Source: Fonticula alba ATCC 38817
Lineage: Eukaryota; Protista; Nucleariida
Assembly (NCBI GenBank): GCA_000388065.2
Contig: KB932202.1
Strand: one strand, 5' to 3'
DNA length: 64,000 nucleotides
Below the pieces are notes generated by a model, which had not been told where the DNA came from, did not search any database, and worked only from the letters and a program-made list of their open reading frames with translations. Below are positions 14,101-26,332 of the stretch, piece by piece. How positions within the stretch are numbered: the first letter of the stretch is position 1; each line of letters opens with the position of its first letter. The position numbers and the translations under genes were made by a program.

Positions 14101-16451
14101 CCGTCTCACACACTGGTGTGCCTTCCCTCTCACCGCCCTCCCTTCTCCGGCCCGGCCACAGGCGCCTCCCCTCGGTCTCGACCAAGTCGGCCAACGGCTT
14201 TTTGCTGCTACTCTCGATTGTCACGAGCACCGTGCAAACGCTCACCTCGGCTCGGTATCGGGCCCTGGCCTTGGAGCTGCTGCTGGTCCTGTCGGTCGGC
14301 TTGCCGGACCACATCCGCCTGACGCGCGTCCTGCCCTACATCCTGGCTCTCGGCCAGCGGTCGCCCACGGTGACCGAACTCTCGCGCGTCTACTTCGCGG
14401 TCTTCCAGCTTTTCTCCATGATCAAGCTTCCGACCCCCTTCTCCTACCAGATGCTGGTGTACTATGCGCTGCCGCAGCTGCGTGACATGCTCCCCCAGCC
14501 AGCCCACTGGTATGACCTGCTGTATTCCACCTGGTCACGCTGCCTGGGCCTGGCGGCGCGCTTCGCCGCGCGGTTCTTCTCCGCGGCACACAGCATCCAG
14601 TCGACAAGCGCCGGGACCCGGTCGGCTGACTCTGGCATGGAGATCACCCCCCCCACGGCCAACAACCCCCTGGCCTTTGCCTTCCATGCGGCCGGGGAGC
14701 TGGATCAGCTCCGGGACTTCTTCAATCAGCAGGTCAAGGAACTGAGCGACTCGCCGAATTTGCTGGTCACCCGGGCGTTGCTGCTCTCCCTGCCGGACAT
14801 TGCCCTGTTGTATCCCTTTGGCCCGGCGCTGGACTCGCAATTGGCCAACAGCTCAGATCACAACAGCCAAATGTCCGACAAGCAGCTGCAATTGCAAATG
14901 TTCCTGCCCACCTTCTTCAGCAAGCAGCAGGATCGCAGCTTCCGCGTGTCGCTTGTCGAAACGGCCCTCTACGTGGGAGCCATGCTGGACGCTCGTCGAG
15001 GCCACTACCTGGAGACCAACCTCCTGCACATCATCTTCGCGCAGTTTCACCTGACCAGCTCCTTCCCGCTGTCCATCACCGCGGCGGTGGCGGCGGCGGC
15101 GGCGACCGCAGCCGCGGCCGACAATGGCCCGGAGGGTGGCATCGGCCACGGGGAGGATCAATCCCCGGGCTCGGCCATGGCCCGGCAGCAGCATCCCTCG
15201 ACCGGGGCCATGCCCCCGCTGGAGCTGTACTTTGCCTCGAGCTTCCTGGATGATTCGCAGCTCTCGGCGGCCGCCTGTTCGGCTCTCGGCCGGGCTCTGG
15301 AGCTGGGGTTCCTGTCGAGCCCGATGCTCATTCAATCGATCGTGGAGCATGTGCTGCCCTTCTTGGCCCTGCGGCCGGTGGCTCTGCGCCAGGCCGCGGT
15401 GTATTGCGTGGCGCGAGCCTTCCTGGCCTTGCCGGATCCGGTGTCGCGCATCTACCTGCTGGCTCCGTTGCTGGTGCCCTTCGTTCGGTATCCAGTTCTT
15501 GGGCTCGTGGCGCCCGAGGGCCCGGAGGCACGGGACCTCCAAGCCGGGGCATCGTCCAATCCGCACTTGCGCCGACGCTACCTCCACCTGCTGGAGCGTC
15601 GGCTTCTGGAGGCCCTTCTGCCGCCGCTGACTGCGCGGCAGCTGAATGACCTGCTCAACCGCACCTGCATCATGATTGCCGGGGCCGGCAGTGGGGTTGG
15701 CGGCACGAGGCCCCTATCGATGGCCGCGGCGCCCGGGACCAGCGGCCCGATGGGCGGCTCGGCCGGCGGCCCGACCGATCCCACGGAGCAACTGCGGCAA
15801 GCGCTGGCCGCCGACGCGACCGCCGATCGGCGCCTGCTGTCCTTCGTCAAGTACATGCACCAGCTGGCCCGGTCGCTGCCGAAGTTGCCGGATCTGCCAC
15901 GTGCCCCTGCTGGCCTGGCCCCCTCGGCGGCCGGGACCAATGTCCTGGTGTCTCGGCCCTCTGGCGGCATGGGCGCCACCAGGGACCCGGGCACCGAGGC
16001 CCCCCCTCCGGGCACCGGGGTGTATACGGTCAACTCGAGCAACATCTATGCCGGGGAAAGTCCCCAAGCCTTGGCCGATATGAATCCCAGTCGTGCATTG
16101 AACCTGGCGCCGGCCGGGCGCCCGGGGCCTGGCGATGGGGATACTTTGTATGCGGAGTTTGACCTGTGGCCGGCACTCCCAAGTGACAGCGGCGCCGAGG
16201 GTGGCGCTGGAACCTATGGGATGGGCCCGCCTCCAGGGCTGCCCCCGGCGGCGGATGCCCGCCGCGCGGCCGACGCCGAGGCGGCCCTCGCTGCCCCCTC
16301 TGGGGTGCTGTTCATGCTTCCGGCTCCCGATGGGCTGACGGTGACCCGGCTGCTGCCGCAGCTGCCAACCATGCCGGTCATGCTGCCGGCCAGCAGTGTC
16401 GCCGGTCCGGGCAAGCGCCAGTCGGCCAATGGATATGCCCGGTCAGGGTCT

Positions 16452-16483
<32 letters not shown>

Positions 16484-19400
16484 TGCGGCGGCGGCGGCCG
16501 CCGCCGAGCCTCCCGGGCTGGTGCTTGGGTCGCCGATTTCCGAGGTGTCCGCGGCAGCCGCGGCCACCGGGCTTTTGCCCCCGCAGCTGACTCGGCCGGC
16601 CGGTGCGGGGCCTCAATTCCCGCTGGGAATGCCCGACGCAGTGACCACCCTCCCCGGACGCCACCACCATGGGACGATCCTCCACCATCGGAGTGCCATC
16701 ACCCACCTGGTCACCAGCCCGGACCAGGGGTTCCTCCTGTCGGCCGATTCCTCCGGGCGCCTTTGCCTCTGGCGGGTGGCCGGTTTGCATGCCAGCAGCT
16801 GGCCCGTGCTGGTCAGTGAGTGCGACTTGCGTGCCCGGCCGACGGCCGTCGTCTTTGTCCCGGTGGCCGCGTGCCCCGGGTGGAGCGCGGCCGGCCAGGC
16901 GGCGATTGGGCACTGCCTTGTGGCCGTGGCCACCGGCGACGGGCTGGTCCGGTTGCTGGACTTCGGCCAGCCGCTCGAGGTGGTTTCGATCAGCAACGGG
17001 ACTCCTGTCATGGCGGGATCCGGGTCGGCGCTCCCCACGGCCGCGGTGATGACGCTGGCGGTCTGGCGCGCGCCCCTGCTGCCCGACAGTATGGGGCTGC
17101 CCTTCCCCCGGGCCGGGGGGACCACCCCTTCCAAGGATGGCCCCACCCCGGATCCGGTCACCGCACTGGCCGTGGTCCTCACGAGTCGGGGCTCCGGGCA
17201 GCCGCGCTACCTCCTGGTGCAGGGGACCTTCGCCGGGCGCATGTACGCGCTGGATCTGGTGACCGGGCGCCGGGCCTGGGAGACACGCATTGCCGGGCCC
17301 GTGGCCCCGATTCAGGCCCTGGTGGCCGAGCCGGCGGTCAGCGTTGCCCCCTTCCTCGGTCAGGAAACCGCCTCATCGGTCATCGGCCAGTGCCTCGGGG
17401 CCACCAGGGCCGGGATGGCCGGGATGGCCGGCGGCCTGGGTGAACATCCCGGAGCCGGCCATCACTCGGCGTCGGGCTCCTCCGGGGGACCGGGGCCCGG
17501 CGGTCCTGGTGGCATGGGCTCCTCCGGGCCGGGTGGCTCCGGTGTCGGGCCGGCCGGTCCCGCCGGCGGCTCGGGAGCCTCCTCGCACGGTGGCCCTGGG
17601 GCCTCGTCCTCGGTCAGCGGGTCCTCCAGCTCCTCCGGGTCGGGCCTGGTGGGCGTGTCGCCATCCAGTGGTGGCACCGGTGGCGGGTCCACCTCAGCCG
17701 GGCTGGCCGGGACCGGGGACTCGCGCGGCGGCTCGGCCAGCGGAGGCATCGGCCCCGGTGGGTCTGGGGGATCGCACTCCTCCACCGGGGCCACGCCCAA
17801 CCCGCTTGGTGGCCCGGGGCTGTCGTCCGGATCCGGTGTCGGGTCCGCCGGCGGCGGCCTCGGCGGGTCTGCTGGCCTCGGCGGTGCCGAGGCTGATGCC
17901 TTCCTGAATGTCGGGTGCACCGTGCCCGCCGTGAGCTCATGGCTGGTGGCGGTGACGCGCACGGCGCGGGTGTCTCTTTTCGACATTCGAAATGGGGTGC
18001 TGCCAATTGAGCTGACCGATGGCCGGCGCTCGGCCCCGGTGCCGACACTGACTCGAGCGCATTCGGCCGTGGCGCATCCGCTGCTGGCGGCCACCATCCT
18101 GGTGGCTGGCGACCAGCCGGAGGTGGTGCAGTTGGATTTGGAGCGCCTGGCCCGGCGCCAAGCCGAGCCGCAGACGTGCGTCTACTCGCTGGCCGGGCGC
18201 TCGGATCGCAATGCCTCGCGAGCGGCGGCCCCGGGGAAGTCCTTCGGCCAGGCCCCGACCGGCGAGGTCCGGGCTCTGGCGGCCGCCGGGCCGGGGATCG
18301 TGCGCCTGCGTGGGCGCATGCTCAGTCCAACCTTCGACCAGGCCATTGGCCAGCTGCTTAGCCAAGGCCCCGGGGGGCCTGGGCCTGGTAGCACTCTGTC
18401 CCCCAGCCGGTCGGGCTTCCTGTGTGTCAATTGCCTGGGTGGGTTGTCCCTGCCGGCGCCCCTGTGCCAGAGCCCTGGTGCGCTGGCGGCGGCGGCGGCG
18501 GCGGCGGCGGCCGGCACCGCCGGGGCCGTGCTGCCCAGCACGGACTCGCCCTCCGGCGATGCTGCCGACCCGGCGGCTCAGCAGCTGGACCTGCCGCGGA
18601 CATACTGCGCCAACTTTGCCCAATGCGTTGGGGCCCTGGCGTACATGGTTGCCGCCGGGTCCTCGCGTCACATTTGGCAATTCCAGCTGGGTGCTCCCTT
18701 CAACACGGCCCTTGTTTCGTCCTCGGTGGGGGCTTTCTCCCGGATGACGGAGCTCGTGAACTTCGCCCCGGTGGGCCCGGTTCCTCCGGGATCGGCCAGC
18801 CTCTCGATTGAAGAGCAGCTGTCGGCGGCCTTCGAGCTGTCACACGACCTGCCGGGGATGATGGGGTCCCGCCCGGCGCGTCTGCGTCTGGGACCGGCGG
18901 GCTCGCCGGTTTTGCGGATCGACACTCAGCCGACCACCGACCTGACGGCCGGCTTTGGGGACGTCTTCAGCCAGGTGCCGGAGCGCGATGCCCGGCGTCC
19001 GGCCGGGGCGCCGCCGGACTCGCTGGCTGCGCTGGCCCTGCGCACCAGCCACCATGACACCATCACGGCTTTGTGCATTGTTGAGCGCGCTCCGGGAGCC
19101 GGGGCCGGCATGCCGGCGGCCATGGGCTCCGGCCCGGGGCTGGGCTCGGTCTCGGGGTCCGGCATGGCCGGCGGCCCTGCCCCCGGCGACATGGGCCCCG
19201 GCCCCGGTGGTAGTCCTGGCGGCGTGCTGGTGCCGGGGGGCAGTGGGTCGGGCATGGGGGTCACTCCGTCCGGTGCTCCCTTCCAGGCAGGCCGCGGCCG
19301 GGCCAACAGCATGCCGGCCCCCATCCGGCGGCTCCGTATGGGCTGCTGGGCCTCGGGGGAGGCCTGCATACCATGCGGACGTACTACCTCCGTGGGGCAG

Positions 19401-19711
19401 ACTCTTCGGCCGGGATGGGCCGTACAGCGGCCTGGCCCGGGGCCGGGAGGATGCCGTCAACCGGGTCCAGCGGCACTGGCAGTCGGGCCAAGAGCGGTAG
19501 CAGTAGCAGCATCGAATCGCCGCTGTCAAGCGCCGGGGCTCGGGCCTCAGGCCCAGGAAGCTCGCTTGCTCCGGATGCCGGGGCCACCGAGACCAATCTC
19601 CTGTCCCTGATGTACGACCCGCTGACCCTGCAGCCGCTCTCGCTGCACACGCCCTTCAGCCAGTTTGTCGTGTCGGGCAGCCGCGACGGAACCATCTACA
19701 TCTGGATCTAG
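11195..19711 (+). CDS. VPS15: VPS15/PIK3R4 (kinase-like domain, HEAT region, WD40), strongly expanded by low-complexity insertions
   Basis: Myristoylation-type start MGNSIS. Motifs VVVKFF, IHGDIKLQNILLTSWDLVILSDFS, PFFLPEDNPSDYLFFF, CNIAPERF, DIFSIGCVIAQL, HEAT-like LTRVLPYILAL, WD40-like FLLSADSSGRLCLW and terminal FVVSGSRDGTIYIWI*. Approximate exons: 11195-11301, 11424-12410, 12576-12675, 12803-13119, 13382-13520, ~13735-13980, ~14162-19335, 19401-19711. Confidence 0.93.
13143..13336 (+). repeat. Intronic 8-nt tandem repeat (GCTCCTCC/GCTCCTCT)n
   Basis: Imperfect 8-mer array on both sides of N gap 13181-13240, inside a VPS15 intron. Confidence 0.85.
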
Positions 19712-19780
19712 GGCCAAGGGACACGGTGTGTCTCGCTGCCGAGAATGAATCGCCCTCTTTTTCGAGTCCTCCCTTTGCTT

Positions 19781-19871
19781 GCGTGTGCGTGTGCGTGCGC
19801 GTGTGCGTGTGCGTGCGCGTGCGCGTGCGCGTGCGCGTGTGCGTGTGCGTGCGCGTGCGCGTGCGCGTGTG
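19781..19871. repeat. (GT/GC)-mixed microsatellite (GTGCGT/GTGCGC)n
   Basis: About 90 nt of alternating purine-pyrimidine repeat just 3' of the VPS15 stop. Confidence 0.85.
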
Positions 19872-21375
19872 CGGCGCGGCGGTAGTGTGTCTGGGAGGGG
19901 GGCGAGGGGGGGGGGGGGGGGGGGAACTACCAGCAATATGGCTCGTCCTGCGACTTGAGGAGACAAGACTCGGTAACGGCAGGGCATGCATGTATTCCGG
20001 GTTGTAGGTTCCAGCAACACATACCCAAAGGGATCTTCGGCTGCCCAGGGCGAAAGTACACACATACATACATACGCGCGCGCGCGCACCGAGAAGCGGA
20101 CCCGCGCTCGTGAACCGAGCCGCCATCCACCGGCTGCAATGGCTGGTGTTTCGCTTTGTGCATTTGCACGTACGTGCGCGGCCCCCCCCCCCCCCCCCGC
20201 CGTCTTGTCCTGCGGGGATAATATACATACGCACACACGCACACGCACACGCACACACGAAAGTACATAAGAAGACGCTGTGCAGGAAAAGGAAATTTGA
20301 TATATATTCAAAATTGAGAAAAGGGGGATATCTCTAGGGCAGGCACAGGCATGCGGCATTTCGTGCTCTGAGGAGGCGCACGCGCACGCACGCAGTGTAT
20401 GGGGATTTTTTGTTCCCCACTCAATCTCTCTCTGTCTCTTCCTGGGGGTCTTCTACTCGCCGCCGCCTCCTCCTCCGTTGCCCTGTGCTCGGGCCCGCGC
20501 CAGGATACTCAGGCCCGGCGCGGGGCACCGTAGCGCATGCACCCGCAAGCAAACACCAGGCGTGTGGCTGATGCAGGGAAGAGCGGCGGGAGAAAGAGGA
20601 GAAGCGAGAGCAGGAAAGGTAAAGAGGGGGAGAGATGCCGAAGACCGGAAAAGCAGGAGAAATGGCGGGGTGCGGAAAGGGGGGGGGGAGGGCCTCGCCC
20701 GCTTCCATCCACGTGGTACACATACCGCGCGTGCCCGTGTGTGCGCGCGATCAGCACGCTCCGTGAGCCAGGGAAGGGGGAAGAAGAAGGGCGAGCGGGG
20801 AGGGGGGACAACGAGGGGGATAGCGAGCACGCGGGAACGCTTCTCCTCCTCGGGTCTTTTGCAGCAGAGCACAGAGGAGGAAAGAGAGGGGGGGAGGGGA
20901 CGAAGAGGGCCGCCCCGCCGCCGGAGAGGGAGGGGTGGTTCTCTCTTGCTCGTCGTGCGCCTCTCGGGCGCACGCGCGCAAAAGGGGAAATCAAAAAGAA
21001 AATCGAGGGAAGAACAAGCAAGCATCCCAGCAGGAAGACAGCGCGCGGCATACTCTGCTGCGCATGGCGTTTGCTGCCTGCTGCTCGGATCGAGGAGGAG
21101 GAAAAGGATCGCAACCGGCGCATGGCCGCGCGCGGGGGCGCACATGCTCCGCCTGCAATCATCCCCCACGAATGACACGCAGAGAGGGAGGAGGGAGGAG
21201 GGGACAGGGGGAAGGGAGGGGCGCCTTGGGCGGGGAAAGGAGACGGGAGAGGGGGGAAGGGCGGCGCGCCTCTCCGACGCAGCGTGAGAGGAAGAGGAGC
21301 GCCTTTCCGGGCTTCCGTCTTCACCCAAAAGCCCAGACACTCTAGTAGCGCCTTTCCTCTCGCCCTCTCGCCCTT

Positions 21376-24300
21376 TCACACTCTATATCTCGCACCCTCG
21401 CTGGGGCTTCTCACAGAGGCCAGGTGGCTCTCTTGCGCGTGGCCAGGCACGCGGCGCTGCTGTTCCGCCCGCTCCGAATCCCCCGCCCGCTCCGAATCCC
21501 CCGCCCGCTCCGAATCCCCCGCCCGCTCCGAACCCCCCGCCCTGGCGGTGGCCATGGATGCAGCATGCACCCCCGCGGAAAGGACGAGGAAGCGGGGGGG
21601 GGGGGGGGCAGGGGAAGGGGGGAGAGAGAAAGGCGCCAGGCAGGAGCCTTACACATCAGCCTCGCCTGGGGTAGAGGATGACGCAGCGTCGGCCGGGGCG
21701 TCGGCCTTGCCGGTCGCGGCATCCATCGGCAGCGAGGCATCCGCATGCTCAGCAGCACCGGAGGCCGCGCCGGCCGTGTTGAGCTCGGCCGCGGCGGCAG
21801 GAGTCCCACCGGCGGCAGGCTCGACAATGACGCCCTCGAGGGCCGGGGAATCTGAAGAAGAGGGCCCAGGAGCGGCCTGAGCAGCGGCCAGGGCAGCGGC
21901 GGTCTCCTTGCGCTGCTTGGCCTTGCGCTGCTTCTGGGACTCCTCGATGTCGGCGGCGGCCGCATTGGCCACCTCCACCAGGAAGCGGTTGCCACTCGGG
22001 GTCATGGCCCAAGACCGGACCAGGTTGTCCAACTGCAGGCGGCACTCGCGCTGGGCATCGCGCAGCAGATCGCGCGGAACATCCGGCACAGTCACCGAGG
22101 GGGAGGACGAGCCCGGGACCTCAGGCAGGGACTTGAACTTCCGGAGGATCTCATTCCGGATGGAGGAGTCGATGTTGATCTCCAGGTCGGCGCCAGCACG
22201 GATGTGCTTGTCCAAGATGCGACGCATCTCCGAGTGACGGACCTCCGGCGTGCGGACATGCCAGTCACGGGCAAAGTTGTCGGCAGTCCGGTAGAAAATC
22301 AGAATCTCCGAGCACCAGGACCGGACGCAGAAGTTCTCAAAGTCATCCATGCAGGCGGTGGTGCCGCGATTGATGATGTCCTTGTAGAGGAACCGGCGCA
22401 TGCGGGGGCGCGAGCCGGAGGAGGTATTCCGAGTGGGCATGCCGGTGGTCTTCTTGGTGTCGAGCTTGGCCCCATCCGAGGCCTTGGCCCCCGAGGCGGC
22501 GGCATAGTTGTCGGCCGAGGCCAGATCCCCGGAGGTGGAGGTGGCGGTGTCGTTGCCGCTGGACCCGGCGCCATTCTGCGTGAGGCTGGTGGTATCCTGG
22601 CCGGCGCCAGACCCGTGGGTGGCCTTGCCCATGTCGGCCATCATGATGTCACCGCTGAGGGAGGCGGAGCCGTTGCTGCTGGCGTTGCGCTCGCGAGCCT
22701 TGATGAAGCGATCAACCTCCGAGCGGGACATGCTGGTCTTGGTGAGCTGGACGAAGAGCGGCGTGTAGGACAGGTAGACCGGGTACAGGCAGATGAAGAC
22801 GCAGTAGAAGGCGAGACTCCAAAGGACGATGATCGAGGGATCGAAGAGGAAGGTGAAGCGGACGATGAACCAGAAGACGTTCAGAGCAACGGCGATGATG
22901 AGACAGATCTAAGACCGGAGCAAGGGGCAGGGGGAGGGGGGGGGNNNNNNNNNNNNNNNNNNNNNNNNNNNNNNNNNNNNNNNNNNNNNNNNNNNNNNNN
23001 NNNNNNNNNNNNNNNNNNNNNNNNNNNNNNNNNNNNNNNNNNNNNNNNNNNNNNNNNNNNNNNNNNNNNNNNNNNNNNNNNNNNNNNNNNNNNNNNNNNN
23101 NNNNNNNNNNNNNNNNNNNNNNNNNNNNNNNNNNNNNNNNNNNNNNNNNNNNNNNNNNNNNNNNNNNNNNNNNNNNNNNNNNNNNNNNNNNNNNNNNNNN
23201 NNNNNNNNNNNNNNNNNNNNNNNNNNNNNNNNNNNNNNNNNNNNNNNNNNNNNNNNNNNNNNNNNNNNNNNNNNNNNNNNNNNNNNNNNNNNNNNNNNNN
23301 NNNNNNNNNNNNNNNNNNNNNNNNNNNNNNNNNNNNNNNNNNNNGGGAGAGGAGCTCCCCCCCTGCATCCACCCCTCCTGGGGCCGACTCCCAGGGGCGA
23401 GTCGTTTCCGATCGGCGTGGCGACGGCGCCAGCTACATGCCAAGTGCTGCCCCATCCTTGTCCCTGAGCGGCGGCGGCATCGCAAGATGCCGGGCGCTGG
23501 TCTACTCGATGACGCGCCCACGCCTGGCATGTAACAGCATGCCGTGCGTGGTGCATATACACATACAAATGGCCTACCACGTTCTGAGAAGCAGGACTTG
23601 GGAGCATAATCGGCCCTGGCAACCAGGGGGTGCCAGGAGGACCGATGGGGTGCACCACAGGTCGGCTGTGAGTATGGGGGGGGGGGGGGACGGATGGCAG
23701 CAGGGGAGGGGCGCGGACACCCACACCTGGGGATGCCACCAACGGGACACCAGTTGGGGACTCCTGGGCCAAGAAAGCGGGGGGGGGGGGGGAGCGCGCG
23801 AGATTGTGGACGAATCACAGATCCCGGGAGCGAGGGAGGGGCCCGACTCCGAAAGCCGGCTCGGCTCACACAACACCACCGAAGGGAGGGGGGGAGCGGG
23901 GCGCGGGGTCTCGGCTGGGCGTGGCCCTCCGCTGAGAGAACCGGGGATGAGAAAAAATGAAAAATAAAAATAAACACGACTCCTGGGTAAAGAAGCACCC
24001 CAGTCCAAATGGGACAGGCACATTGATATGCCCCCCTCCTCCACCCCCCGCCCCAGGTACCCAAACTCAACATTAATACTTCATCATCGAGCCAGGGGGG
24101 TGGGGCGAAAGTACACCACGGCAAGGGGGGGATAGAGGCACATACAGGCACACACAGGTCGAGGCACCGCCGCGCCCAGGGGGCGGATGCATGGGCTCCT
24201 CTACGAGGACGCAAGTGTTGCACATACCAGCCGCTCGTAGAATGGCCGGGGGCACCACGCCCTGAAAGCGGCCTTTCCCCTGCCCGGAGCAAGAAAAGGG

Positions 24301-26252
24301 GGAAGTATGCGCCGACGGGTGCCTCCGGCCGCTGGGGCGAGCGCGCCCCCCCCCCCCCCCCCTTGGAGCCAGACAACAGGGGTCGGCGAGGGGGGACGCC
24401 AAGAGGCAGGAGTGGACACCCCCGCATCCACCTAGGCATATGCACATGGTCACTCACGAAAGAGGATGAGAAGGAGGAAGGGCGCCGCGGGGGGCGGGGG
24501 CGGGGGCAGCCCCGCGCATAATGTAACTGCGCGACATAGGCCATGACTGCAGCCTAGCGCGGTCTTGGTGCGCGCGCGCGGGGGGGAGGGGGGGGGGCAA
24601 GCCAGAGGGATACATCCATGCTCGCAGAAGGACAATATACGCGTGCTGGTCCTCGCGCGCGTCCCGGGGGAGGGGCAGGGTTGCGGGCCACCGCCGGGTC
24701 GAACGGCCGTGAAGGCCAAATTGGGCGCTGGCGAAAAATAAACAGGCGCGACCGACTGCCGGGAGAGGCCAGGCACAAACGCCGCCCGAACCCAGACGCG
24801 GGTTCACGCGAAGGGGGGATTGCGAAAAAACCCAAACAAAGGGCAATCCCTGTCCTTCGCCCTCCCCCGGCACGTGCACCCCCCTCCCCAGCTGGAAACC
24901 ATCCCCCCAACCGGGGTCTCGCGGCGTCTGACAGGGCTTGCTGCCGGCCTTCAAGCTGGGCCTTTTCTTCGTGTCCCGCGCGCCCCTCGGCTCCGCTGCT
25001 CGCGCCAGGGCGAGACACCCATGACACGACCGCCGAGAAGGCCGTGAAATGGGGACCGGGCCACAGGTCAAGAGAGGGGGGAGAAGATCGCTGCGGGCGA
25101 ATTTGCAACCGCCCGACAATGAGCCATCTCCCAGAAGCAGATCACCGGAGTGACCGGGCATGAAAGGCCCCCCCGGTCACAACCCGCGGGGGGGGGGGGG
25201 GCGCGCGCGCGCGCGCGTGCGCCCGAGCGAAGGCCAACACACCCAAAGGGCCTAGAGTCCCAGGGGTGTCATTTTCGGCGCGCATCCGTTGGCACTACGA
25301 TGCCCCTGGCCCCCTTGTCGCGGTGTGTGGCGGAATGCGGCCACGGTCGAACATGCCCATACACCCGCCCCCGGGCACGGCGCGCTCCGGACCAGATCGA
25401 ACGCGGCCTGAGGGTGGTCTCCCACGCCGGAGAGCGCGCCCCCGCCGGGGTCCCGGCCTCAGGGGCACTGTTCCTTGCCCCCCGCGTGCGTGCGTGCGTG
25501 CGTGCGTGAGGGGGGGGAGGAGGGTAAAGCAGCGGCCGCGTCGGCCCGAGGCCCCATCCACCACGCGGCAACCTCCTCCTCGCCCCGCCACAACGCCTCA
25601 GTCTCTGTCGCATGTGCATCTGGGCCGCGTCCCGAGGAGGAGGGGCGTCCCCGGGGCGGCGGTCGAGGGGGTGATTCATCACCCTGCCTGGACTCGCGTC
25701 CCGACGGACCCGTCTTCGCGGCCCGGGACACGCGCCCAGGCAAGGCAGGAAACATGCGCCACCACGCAACAGAGGCAGGGACAGAGAGATCGAGGGCAGA
25801 GGGGATACGCCCCCCCCCCTCCAAACCAGAGGGGGCAGAGAGGCGTCCACTGGCCTGAGAACATTGCCCGCCGCCTGCTCATCGCACACACGCACGCAAC
25901 ATCCCACAAAGCCTTTCCAGTGCCGAGGGGCGCCCCGGAGTCGGGCCTGAGTCCCAGCCCGCGCCGGCTTGCTGCCGGATTGGGCCGGGCCTGGCGCGCG
26001 GGGGAACACCGCACATGCCCGACTCCTGGTGACTCTCCATGGGCCAGGACATTGAGGCCGCCAGGGGCGCCCCCTTGCCGGCCGCCAAGGGCTGGCGCCG
26101 AGCACGGGCCGAGTCGGGGACGAGGCGCCGCCAGGGGAGGGGTAGCACCAAAGGGGCTGCGTGCCAGGGCATCCTCGCCAGTACGAGTGGACAAACACTT
26201 GGTCGAGCGATTGGCGCTCCAGCCAGGAGGGCACACATATGCGTGTGCTCCG

Positions 26253-26332
<80 letters not shown>

